Shown piece after piece: positions 9,472-16,573 of a DNA stretch of 64,000 nucleotides. Position 1 is the stretch's first letter; the number at the start of each line of letters is the position of its first letter. The position numbers and the translations under genes were made by a program. The stretch spans positions 1-64,000 of IMG/VR virus record IMGVR_UViG_3300020477_001008; one strand, given 5' to 3'. The notes beneath the pieces were generated by a model, which saw only the letters and a list, made by a program, of their open reading frames with translations, was not told where the DNA came from and ran no database searches.

Positions 9472-9564
9472 CATAACCGATTAATCTTCAGTAACTTAAT
9501 CTGTTAAAAGGCACGTTAAATCCTTGCGGCCTAGCTCTAAATAACTTATGAGCGAGGTAGAGCA

Positions 9565-9870
9565 ATGGCTAAAGCTAAAATCAATTTTAGGTCTTGGAAA
9601 GCAAGAGCACCAAAAATACCAGAATACACTTGTCCATTAATAGACGGTATATTGGACGACTTATCTGCAGACACAAACATAACAGCCAAGCAATACACAA
9701 AAGCAAAAAGAAAGCTGGAACGATTAAGAAAGCAAAATGATCGTTTAAGATCTAGTGGCATTTATTGGTACGAAAAATGCAAAAAGAACTTCAGCAGAAT
9801 AGATGAATCCGTTACAGAAGACGCAAAAAGCATATGGAATACGTTCTTTCCTTGGCTAAAAATAAAATAA
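9565..9870 (+). CDS. Hypothetical protein (PEYTCPLID motif, coiled coil)
   Basis: SD GAGG; TAAATA late-type element upstream. Confidence 0.7.
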   Translation: MAKAKINFRSWKARAPKIPEYTCPLIDGILDDLSADTNITAKQYTKAKRKLERLRKQNDRLRSSGIYWYEKCKKNFSRIDESVTEDAKSIWNTFFPWLKIK

Positions 9871-10039
9871 AATAACGGCTTTTTATTCCTGTTCATTGGT
9901 GATAATTACATATACTCGAGTGCGAGAAGTAGCGGTGCTCAGCCACTTAAAAAGGCTACATTTGGTCCGAAAGTAAGCGACGGTAACAGTTTAAAAAGGC
10001 TTATAAAAATCTTTCATTTAGTGACCGTATATAAAAAAC

Positions 10040-10107
10040 AGACTAAAACATAGTTTTTGTCTACCCCGCCAGAGCTTGATGCTCTATAAAGTGCGGGGCT
10101 TTTTTTT
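10040..10107. terminator. Back-to-back terminators
   Basis: + strand CCCCGC...GCGGGG followed by a T-run; - strand AGACAAAAAC..GTTTTAGTCT followed by GTTTTTT. Confidence 0.65.
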
Positions 10108-10109
10108 GA

Positions 10110-10313
10110 CTATTTTTTCAGAAGTTGTATTAGATAATCATCTCTAGAAATGTTGCTGTAAACAACATAGCCTCGGGCTCCATTGTAGGGATTTTGCATA
10201 TAGGTTTCATAGGTGTAGTAATGCTTGAACAAGATAAGCTCACCGGTATCTAATCGTTTGGGTAGCAGAGCAAAACGTCTGGTCCATCTGCTGTTCATAT
10301 TGTATAACCACAT
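10110..10313 (-). CDS. Hypothetical protein
   Basis: TAAATA upstream; terminator downstream. Confidence 0.6.
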   Translation of the reverse strand: MWLYNMNSRWTRRFALLPKRLDTGELILFKHYYTYETYMQNPYNGARGYVVYSNISRDDYLIQLLKK

Positions 10314-10352
10314 TGTAGTATTATTTACTGAAATTGCATAAGATCTTTATGG

Positions 10353-10380
10353 TTGACTTATAGGCAAACTCTGTTATAGT
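10353..10380 (+). promoter_or_regulatory. sigma70-type promoter
   Basis: TTGACT-N16-TATAGT with TG. Confidence 0.7.
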
Positions 10381-10411
10381 AATGATGTTTAATTAACAAT
10401 AGGAGCAAAAG

Positions 10412-10645
10412 ATGTTTAAATCATTTATAAAACATTGGACAAAGTCGCTCTTATTTGTAGCATCATTATTGATGATAGCTTACGGATCAATACAGTTAGG
10501 CGAATATATCGCAGTAGCGACCGCGAGCGAAAACGCAGATAGAGTGACATTGGCAGTTAGTATGGCGATTATAGTATTAATAGGTACTATAGGTTGGGCA
10601 TACAATGGTGCTAAATTTGATACAGAAATAGCCAAAAGAAAATAA
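10412..10645 (+). CDS. Two-TM membrane protein
   Basis: SD AGGAG; two hydrophobic helices. Confidence 0.7.
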   Translation: MFKSFIKHWTKSLLFVASLLMIAYGSIQLGEYIAVATASENADRVTLAVSMAIIVLIGTIGWAYNGAKFDTEIAKRK

Positions 10646-10716
10646 ACAAGTGGGGGCGATTGCTGTAATATTCTGTAACAAAACCATTAAATAACTTTAC
10701 CAAAGAGGTAAAGCAT

Positions 10717-10812
10717 ATGGAATTGTTTAAAGGACTAGTAGCATTTTTTATATTAGCAATAGTGATCGCCCTGCTATTGGGTTGGTATCATAGTACACTG
10801 ATTTGGATGTAA
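10717..10812 (+). CDS. Membrane microprotein (31 aa, MELFKGLVAFFILAIVIALLLGWYHSTLIWM)
   Basis: SD GAGG; hand translation. Confidence 0.5.
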   Translation: MELFKGLVAFFILAIVIALLLGWYHSTLIWM

Positions 10813-10820
10813 ATGTAAAA

Positions 10821-10868
10821 CGTTCATCTGGTATAACAGACGGAAGTAAGCACTAGCTGAAGGAACGC
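10821..10868 (+). ncRNA. Glutamine riboswitch (glnA / Downstream-peptide class)
   Basis: P1 CGTTC/GAACG, P2 TCTG/CAGA, junction CGGAAGTA, P3 AGC/GCT, GAA E-loop; 25 nt upstream of an ORF. Confidence 0.85.
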
Positions 10869-10893
10869 ACTTAACTGTAAAAAGGAGAGTGTT

Positions 10894-11067
10894 ATGAGAG
10901 ACACAAAAGGACTAGAAGCTTACACTGATAAGATCAATAAAGAAAAGAAGGCTAAGGCACTTAATAGAACACTACGTAAGAGTGTTGAAACGGGTGCAAA
11001 TGGCACACAGAACTATGTGGTCAAGAGTGGTAAGAACAAGGGTAAGATAGCTTCTAAAGGACAGTAG
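10894..11067 (+). CDS. Small basic protein under the riboswitch (57 aa, MRDTKGLEAYTDKINKEKKAKALNRTLRKSVETGANGTQNYVVKSGKNKGKIASKGQ)
   Basis: SD AAGGAG; hand translation. Confidence 0.75.
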   Translation: MRDTKGLEAYTDKINKEKKAKALNRTLRKSVETGANGTQNYVVKSGKNKGKIASKGQ

Positions 11068-11563
11068 AACTGAACATAAACAGGCTGGTTAACACACTGA
11101 AATAATGGGTGGTCAAAAGGTTAAGGTACATCTCTCTTCACCCAGAAAAAAGGTCATAAAAGTATATTCTAAGATCATAAAACCTACCGTAAGATATCTA
11201 CAGACCCAAAAAGACCATTTTTCCCACCTTTCCCATCATACCCCAAGGTTCTGATATTGCCCCGCCTTTCAGGCTATGAGCCCATAACTGATAGGGGCCA
11301 AATATTCCCACCTTTCTCTATAATGATCTATATTGGTCAGAGAGCCGATCAGCACTACGTTGCTTTCAGCACTCGTGCTGTCTAGCTTGATGCCTGACCG
11401 TAATATGCTTCCTATGTTGGTTGACTCCGGGTACTCTACAATACCGTCAACCACAACATATAGTCACAGCAGTATCAGAGAGAAAACATTTTTTGAACAC
11501 ATTTCAAACACATTTGATCTAATGGTTACTAGATATAGTGCCGTTGCAGAATGAACACACCCC

Positions 11564-11607
11564 TCACGACAGCGTTTGACCTGGGATCTAGCGTAGGGCT
11601 CGCTATT
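11564..11607. repeat. Bipartite repeat copy 1: TCACGAC-N24-AGGGCTCGCTATT
   Basis: Identical arms and exact 24-nt spacer in three copies. Confidence 0.9.
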
Positions 11608-11634
11608 AGCTTTCGCTGGCTTGGCAAGAATTGG

Positions 11635-11662
11635 TTGACAAATCTGGATAATGTGTTAATAT
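11635..11662 (+). promoter_or_regulatory. Early sigma70-type promoter
   Basis: GGTTGACA-N16-TAATAT with TG. Confidence 0.75.
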
Positions 11663-11697
11663 AGTATTAATTAACCAATATAGCCGAGGAGGGCAAT

Positions 11698-11919
11698 ATG
11701 GCAACTAAAGATACATTATACAAATTCCACGCAACAGTAACAATGCCAAGCGGAAAGCAAAGACATTTGTTTACTAACGACACAGTTAGCAGAACAAAAG
11801 TTCTTATTAAAGCTGGTGTTGATATGAGTGGTGTTAATTGGATTGCATTAGACACTCCAATGACTAAAGCTCAGGTGATAGCTTCTGGGGAACCAGCAGT
11901 TACTACTCAAGTAGCTTAA
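11698..11919 (+). CDS. Hypothetical early protein (ends -VA)
   Basis: Own promoter; SD GAGGAGG. Confidence 0.75.
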   Translation: MATKDTLYKFHATVTMPSGKQRHLFTNDTVSRTKVLIKAGVDMSGVNWIALDTPMTKAQVIASGEPAVTTQVA

Positions 11920-11924
11920 CTCGT

Positions 11925-11968
11925 TCACGACGGTTTTGGCGGGCTCTTATCGCAGAGGGCTCGCTATT
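11925..11968. repeat. Bipartite repeat copy 2
   Basis: TCACGAC-ggttttggcgggctcttatcgcag-AGGGCTCGCTATT. Confidence 0.9.
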
Positions 11969-11978
11969 AAAGATCTAA

Positions 11979-12215
11979 TTATTCTGAATAATCCGGAAGA
12001 GGGCCACCATACTTCTTACCTTTGACTGTTTTATGGCCCACAGTCTTTCTTTTACCATCTAGCTTGTGTTCACGATCCGAATCACGTCTACGCAATCCTT
12101 TTGATCTACAGCTTGATAACCAGCTGGCAGGTAGCTCTGAATCAGGCTTACCACTCTTACACACTTTGGTAGGGGCTGGTCCTATATTGTCTGTTATGAT
12201 GTCTGACACTTTCAT
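11979..12215 (-). CDS. Small basic late protein (possible internal head protein)
   Basis: Perfect TATAAATA at 12221-12228 on the - strand; MKVSDIIT N-terminus resembles T4-type capsid-targeting leaders. Confidence 0.65.
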   Translation of the reverse strand: MKVSDIITDNIGPAPTKVCKSGKPDSELPASWLSSCRSKGLRRRDSDREHKLDGKRKTVGHKTVKGKKYGGPLPDYSE

Positions 12216-12234
12216 ACAAGTATTTATAAACGGT

Positions 12235-12278
12235 TCACGACAGTAATTAGAGTTGCAAAACCAAAAGGGCTCGCTATT
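12235..12278. repeat. Bipartite repeat copy 3
   Basis: TCACGAC-agtaattagagttgcaaaaccaaa-AGGGCTCGCTATT. Confidence 0.9.
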
Positions 12279-12408
12279 GCCTTTAAGGGGTGGGGTGGTT
12301 TAAATGTACTACCTTTGTACTTTTGAACTTAAACCATTGATTCTTGGTGGTTTGGGGCCTGTTTTGTTTGTTTCAGTCTGCGTAGTCCCGGCCCCTGAGA
12401 CGAAGTTT

Positions 12409-12771
12409 CTAGTTTAGATATAATGGTCCAGTCCACTTAACAATGTAGCCTGGCACAAACACATTACCTCTAGGCTGATTGAGTGCTGGTGCATTCCAAC
12501 CTGCCGCTTTAAGGATGTCTCCTCTTTTGAAGTGTTTGAAGTCGTGCTTATTAACGAAGCCCCAAACTGATCTGCTTCCACCTCTATCGTGTCTTATGAT
12601 TTTGATGAACTTCTGTCTTGAAGAATCTTTTACTTCCCAACCATCATCAAACTCTTTAATCATATTCTCGTTTACTTCAGGTATGTCACCGTTTGCTTTG
12701 GTGTTCCATTTACGATAGTCTGCTTTAGCTTGATCTATCATTGTGTCTATTGCTTTGTATATGTCGTCCAT
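12409..12771 (-). CDS. Conserved-looking phage early protein (GDILKAAGWNAPA..RGN motif)
   Basis: SD GAGGA; own promoter at 12795-12822 (-). Confidence 0.75.
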   Translation of the reverse strand: MDDIYKAIDTMIDQAKADYRKWNTKANGDIPEVNENMIKEFDDGWEVKDSSRQKFIKIIRHDRGGSRSVWGFVNKHDFKHFKRGDILKAAGWNAPALNQPRGNVFVPGYIVKWTGPLYLN

Positions 12772-12794
12772 ATTATCCTCTCTGTTATATTATT

Positions 12795-12822
12795 AATATA
12801 CAGCAGATTGCATATTTGTCAA
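12795..12822 (-). promoter_or_regulatory. Early sigma70-type promoter (divergent)
   Basis: TTGACA-N16-TATATT on the - strand. Confidence 0.7.
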
Positions 12823-12824
12823 CC

Positions 12825-12868
12825 ACAACATATATGCCCTAACTATGGACCTCGATACTACATATAGT
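12825..12868. promoter_or_regulatory. Tandem NrdR-box-like pair (32-bp spacing)
   Basis: ACAACATATATG (12825) and ACTACATATAGT (12857) versus NrdR core aCwAtATaTwGt. Confidence 0.6.
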
Positions 12869-12894
12869 CTTTTATGTGCGTCAGCATAACACAC

Positions 12895-12922
12895 TTGCGT
12901 TTTTTAGCTTTGCTGGTATACT
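12895..12922 (+). promoter_or_regulatory. Promoter of the TC/CC-free operon (atypical -35)
   Basis: TTGCGT-N16-TATACT with TG. Confidence 0.65.
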
Positions 12923-12942
12923 AATAACAAAAAGGAGCAGTT

Positions 12943-13344
12943 ATGATATTATATACAAAACAATTTAGTAATGCAGTTAGACAAGTTATAAAGAAGCATA
13001 GAGCAAAAGTGCATACGAGATACACATTTGGCACGAGTGGGAGTTGCAGTATGTTTACTAGCGAAGGCAAAAGAAAGATTAGCTTTAACTGTATAGGAAC
13101 TAGAAAACAATTTAACTTAATAAGAAAAGATTTAGTTAAGTTGTTTGCAGGAACTTGGCAACAAAACTTTATGAAGTACAAATGGAACACGGACGGTTGG
13201 CACGATAAAAGAATGTTTAGGATAGAGGGAACTTGTTTGTTTGAGGACAAAACAAAGGAAGAGTTTGCAAAAATAATGAAACAAAGAACACACAACATAT
13301 TGTGGGGCAAGTTGGCAGGTGATACTACAGCTTGTGGAAATTAG
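12943..13344 (+). CDS. Basic, proline-free immediate-early protein
   Basis: SD AAGGAG; no Pro; Ser coded only by AGY. Confidence 0.8.
   Translation: MILYTKQFSNAVRQVIKKHRAKVHTRYTFGTSGSCSMFTSEGKRKISFNCIGTRKQFNLIRKDLVKLFAGTWQQNFMKYKWNTDGWHDKRMFRIEGTCLFEDKTKEEFAKIMKQRTHNILWGKLAGDTTACGN
13292..13335. promoter_or_regulatory. Tandem NrdR-box-like pair (32-bp spacing)
   Basis: acACAACATATTGTgg (13292) and ACTACAGCTTGT (13324), upstream of the -35 at 13349. Confidence 0.6.
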
Positions 13345-13348
13345 GGGG

Positions 13349-13376
13349 TTGACAAGTAGCAATACTATGTTAAATT
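13349..13376 (+). promoter_or_regulatory. Early promoter
   Basis: TTGACA-N16-TAAATT with TG. Confidence 0.75.
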
Positions 13377-13382
13377 AATATT

Positions 13383-13505
13383 ATGGTTAGCAAGTTAATA
13401 AAATTAATTACAAGTTATTACGCAAGTTATTATGCAAGTATTATTTTAATATTTGTAATACTAGCAATAATAGGTGCGTTGCTAACAGCTTGTACACTAA
13501 TATAG
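13383..13505 (+). CDS. Membrane microprotein, paralog A (MVSKLIKLITSYYASYYASIILIFVILAIIGALLTACTLI)
   Basis: Probably leaderless; aligns ungapped with 16123 and 23940 ORFs. Confidence 0.65.
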   Translation: MVSKLIKLITSYYASYYASIILIFVILAIIGALLTACTLI

Positions 13506-13515
13506 AGAGGACTAT

Positions 13516-14139
13516 ATGCAAAAGCAAAAGTATACAAAAGAAGAGATAGAAGCAGGCGTTAAGTTTTTACAAAACGCAAATGTAAACTTTGACTATGACA
13601 AAGACGATATGCAAATTAACTTTAGTATAGACGTTGGTTGCAGAATATGGACGGACGGTAGTAGCATATGGAGTAGGGGAGTTGTTAAAGGAGTTAAAGT
13701 TAGTAGCTTGAGTTTAACAGCAACACACAGCAAAGATATGTACGACAAAAAGGATTGGGCAAGTTTAAAGGACGAGGACTTGTACTGGAGTGGTGGACTT
13801 ACGGGTTATGCTTTTTACGATGGTAGTGGCAAAGACGGAACGTGGTACGATGGCGTTGACGACGAAAGTGCATTAATTAATAGGAACACTAGTAAACATA
13901 GCGACGGCTTAATTTACACGGACGACGGCTTTGTTAAAAATTTAATAAAGTACTTAAGAGACGAGTGTAGCTTTGATACTAGCTTTACAGACTTAACAAA
14001 GTTTTTGGACTTTAGCTATAGCGAACAAGGGATGCAGGATATGGAAACTGTAAACTTTGACGTGGAAATGGACGGGGACTTTTGGATTAAGTGTAATGAC
14101 GAGCTAGTTAAGTTTTTACATAACAAAAAAGTAGCTTAA
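13516..14139 (+). CDS. Acidic, proline-free immediate-early protein (207 aa, ends -VA)
   Basis: SD GAGAGG; no Pro. Confidence 0.85.
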   Translation: MQKQKYTKEEIEAGVKFLQNANVNFDYDKDDMQINFSIDVGCRIWTDGSSIWSRGVVKGVKVSSLSLTATHSKDMYDKKDWASLKDEDLYWSGGLTGYAFYDGSGKDGTWYDGVDDESALINRNTSKHSDGLIYTDDGFVKNLIKYLRDECSFDTSFTDLTKFLDFSYSEQGMQDMETVNFDVEMDGDFWIKCNDELVKFLHNKKVA

Positions 14140-14348
14140 TGAGTACACGTTACAGATACGACAAGGCAACGGACAATTACGTTGAGGACGAATGGCAAGG
14201 TACTATACTAGAACAATGCGAAGCACTTGTACTAGCATTAAAGGAAGAAAGTGCTACAGAAGACAATGTAGCACGAAAGGAAGAATTGGAAATGCTAGTA
14301 GGGGAAATAGAATATAGAATAGGAGCAGGAGGAAACTATTTAATTTAA
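14139..14348 (+). CDS. Small acidic proline-free protein
   Basis: TAATG coupling. Confidence 0.7.
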   Translation: MSTRYRYDKATDNYVEDEWQGTILEQCEALVLALKEESATEDNVARKEELEMLVGEIEYRIGAGGNYLI

Positions 14349-14354
14349 TATGAT

Positions 14355-14397
14355 ACTAGTTGTAGTGTTAGCTTTAATAGTTGGCACTACATATAGT
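14355..14397. promoter_or_regulatory. Tandem NrdR-box-like pair (31-bp spacing)
   Basis: ACTAGTTGTAGT (14355) and ACTACATATAGT (14386), upstream of the -35 at 14410. Confidence 0.6.
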
Positions 14398-14470
14398 GAA
14401 TTTAAGCGGTTGACAAATAATAGATGTGTGTTAATTTAAAACAATAAACCAAACGAGAGGTAAAAACAAA

Positions 14471-14761
14471 ATGGTAAAACTAGCAAAAGAATCAATCATA
14501 GACAGTATATTAAAAATTACTGACACTAATGAATTGAGAGAAATCTCAAATGCTTTACACCAACATAGAACTTATATGAATGCTCAAGCAACAAGAAATT
14601 TTGTTGTAGGAGATAAAGTAGAGTTCGAAGGCAGAAGAGGTAGAACTGTACAAGGTGTAGTTAAGAGAGTTAAAATCAAAAACATTATAGTTGAAGAAAC
14701 TAATTCACCGTTTGGTGGAAGATGGAATGTTTCTGCTTCATTACTAAAGAAAGTAGCATAA
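14471..14761 (+). CDS. Early protein with SH3/KOW-like C-terminal domain
   Basis: VGDKVEF..GVVKRV..WNVSASLL; SD GAGAGG. Confidence 0.7.
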   Translation: MVKLAKESIIDSILKITDTNELREISNALHQHRTYMNAQATRNFVVGDKVEFEGRRGRTVQGVVKRVKIKNIIVEETNSPFGGRWNVSASLLKKVA

Positions 14762-14955
14762 TGCCAAAAGGGATTTTAACTAACAAGCAAGTAGACAAAT
14801 TAATAGAACTTGGGCCGGACATAATCGCCGGCCTAGAGTGCAATTTAAATGGCTCAGGATTACCTTGTAGAACTGATAGATTATATGCGGTTGACAAAAT
14901 GATTGCTTATGTTAAACTACACGGATACAAAGTAATAGACAAGGATAAAAAATGA
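14761..14955 (+). CDS. Hypothetical early protein (start MPKGIL)
   Basis: TAATG coupling. Confidence 0.55.
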   Translation: MPKGILTNKQVDKLIELGPDIIAGLECNLNGSGLPCRTDRLYAVDKMIAYVKLHGYKVIDKDKK

Positions 14956-15188
14956 GAGACTTGACTGAACAGCAAAAGGCTTTACTAGACTTACACAAAC
15001 ACATTGGGCGAGCAGAACAGCTTCCTAACAATGTGTGGGAGGAGTTAGTAGAACTAAATGATACAGAAGTTTTGTATCAAAATGTCAATTGTTATTTAGG
15101 AGACAATTACGACAGTGATGCTCCAGTTTATAATTGGAGTAAGAATCAATTAAACTTTAACTTTACAGAGGAGGATGCAAATGCCTAA
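14952..15188 (+). CDS. Hypothetical early protein
   Basis: ATGA overlap; SD AAGGA. Confidence 0.65.
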   Translation: MRDLTEQQKALLDLHKHIGRAEQLPNNVWEELVELNDTEVLYQNVNCYLGDNYDSDAPVYNWSKNQLNFNFTEEDANA

Positions 15189-15399
15189 ACCAAAAAAGCA
15201 AAAGTACGAGTATGAACCATTACCGGAAGATTACATCGACTTTGATGAAGACGGTACTTTACTAGATGAAGAGTCTAGTGATGTATTAGATCAAGATGTA
15301 GAAAGTCTTGATGAACTACAAGAAGACGAAGAGTATAAAGAAGAAGATGGCTACGGCGGAGGCGTCGAAGGCATTTACAATTGGGACGAATGGAATTAA
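15181..15399 (+). CDS. Small acidic early protein
   Basis: SD GAGGAGG. Confidence 0.65.
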   Translation: MPKPKKQKYEYEPLPEDYIDFDEDGTLLDEESSDVLDQDVESLDELQEDEEYKEEDGYGGGVEGIYNWDEWN

Positions 15400-15464
15400 C
15401 AGGTTGACAAAACGTTAACTTGTGTTACATTTAAATTATATTAACTTTTACAGAGAGAGAAAAT

Positions 15465-15893
15465 ATGTCTACAAGATCAAGAATAGCAGTACAGCAACCA
15501 GACGGTAGCTGGGATTCAGTTTATCATCATTACGACGGATATCCTGAAGGAGTAGGTGTTTGCCTAAAGCAACACATTCCAACTTACGACAAAGCAGTTA
15601 AACTAGTAGCAGGTGGCGACATCAGTTACATAGATTGGGACACAGCAGTTGTAAAATATTATGCAAAGCGAAGTAGCTGGGACGATCCTAGAGGCGGTAG
15701 CGACGAAGCTTGGGAAGATGTGGCACCCATTAACAGTAAAACTTTTGCAGATTTAATTGACGTAACTAACGGTAGTAACGGATGTTATCTATACGTATAC
15801 TACTTTCAAACAAACGGTGTGCGTTGTTACAATCCCGATACAAGGGAAGAAGTGCGTATACCAAAATCGAGGAAAGAAGAAGAGGTAGCTTAA
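15465..15893 (+). CDS. Phage early protein of MSTRSxI...YxHxDGYP type
   Basis: MSTRSRIAV, YHHYDGYPEGVG; own promoter. Confidence 0.8.
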   Translation: MSTRSRIAVQQPDGSWDSVYHHYDGYPEGVGVCLKQHIPTYDKAVKLVAGGDISYIDWDTAVVKYYAKRSSWDDPRGGSDEAWEDVAPINSKTFADLIDVTNGSNGCYLYVYYFQTNGVRCYNPDTREEVRIPKSRKEEEVA

Positions 15894-16122
15894 TGTTTAC
15901 AACTTATATCTTTTTAGTGAAGTTAAGTTACTTAGGTCCTGTAGCTTTAATAATATAGAGCTACAGTACTACACGTACAAACAGTATAGCTATCAGATAG
16001 TATCTATAAGCTTAGAAACAACTGTTTGTACACAGTACAATTGTAACAGTATTGCTGAATGCATAATTGTACACAGTATAGTTGTAGGTCGTGGTTGACA
16101 GAATTGAAAAGGATGCTATACT

Positions 16123-16278
16123 ATGAGCAACAAAATTATTGGAGATAACGGAGAAATACAAGAAGTACCTTTAATCAAAAAAGGAATAACATTATTTCTT
16201 TGGTATCTCGTAGGTAGATACGGAGGTGTATTTTTAATATATTTCCTACTAGCTATAATAGGAGGCCTTGTGTCCTAG
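16123..16278 (+). CDS. Membrane microprotein, paralog B (51 aa)
   Basis: ...LIKKGITLFLWYLVGRYGGVFLIYFLLAIIGGLVS. Confidence 0.55.
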   Translation: MSNKIIGDNGEIQEVPLIKKGITLFLWYLVGRYGGVFLIYFLLAIIGGLVS

Positions 16279-16573
16279 TAGCTATTACAGAATTCGTATC
16301 AGACGAAGTCTATATCGGTTTTGATGGAACTTCGTAGTCTTTGTTGTGATACAGAATGTAGTGGGGTTCTTCCCGGTGCGGGTGTTATTACCACTTAAAA
16401 TCCAAATAACAACGATGCGAGTCATTTCAGGGATAGAGACTCTTGCTAAATGAAATCCTTAGGGGTTTAGATTCATCACTAAACCCCACTAAACACTCCA
16501 TAAAATATAGAAAAAGTTGGTTGACAATTACCCGAAATATGCTATATTAGTTTATATAACAGAGGAGTTGAAA

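Larger units (their letters stand above)
12883..14449 (+). other. TC/CC-free tract (template strand GA/GG-free) spanning the first early operon
   Basis: Every C (about 185 by hand count) is preceded by A or G; flanking DNA has abundant TC/CC. Confidence 0.95.

Noticed and set aside
9920-10020. Glycine riboswitch
   Set aside because: CCGAAAG and AATCTTTCA resemble it, but GGAGA, CCGAAGG and TCAGG are absent and no ORF follows.
11269-11554. ORFs 11269..11454 and 11333..11554
   Set aside because: Mutually antisense, no convincing SD, and overlapping regulatory-looking repeats.
11564-12278. CRISPR or TIGR-type array
   Set aside because: Units are 310-360 bp apart with genes between them, not tandem; no cas/tas-like gene recognised in the window.
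12921-13362. Minus-strand ORFs 12921..13310 and 13132..13362
   Set aside because: Antisense to a promoter- and SD-supported gene; lack of GA on this strand removes TGA stops and lengthens shadow ORFs.
12883-14449. Codon-bias or tRNA-avoidance explanation for the missing TC/CC
   Set aside because: The exclusion is frame-independent, includes intergenic DNA and recurs in non-coding 24130-24507.
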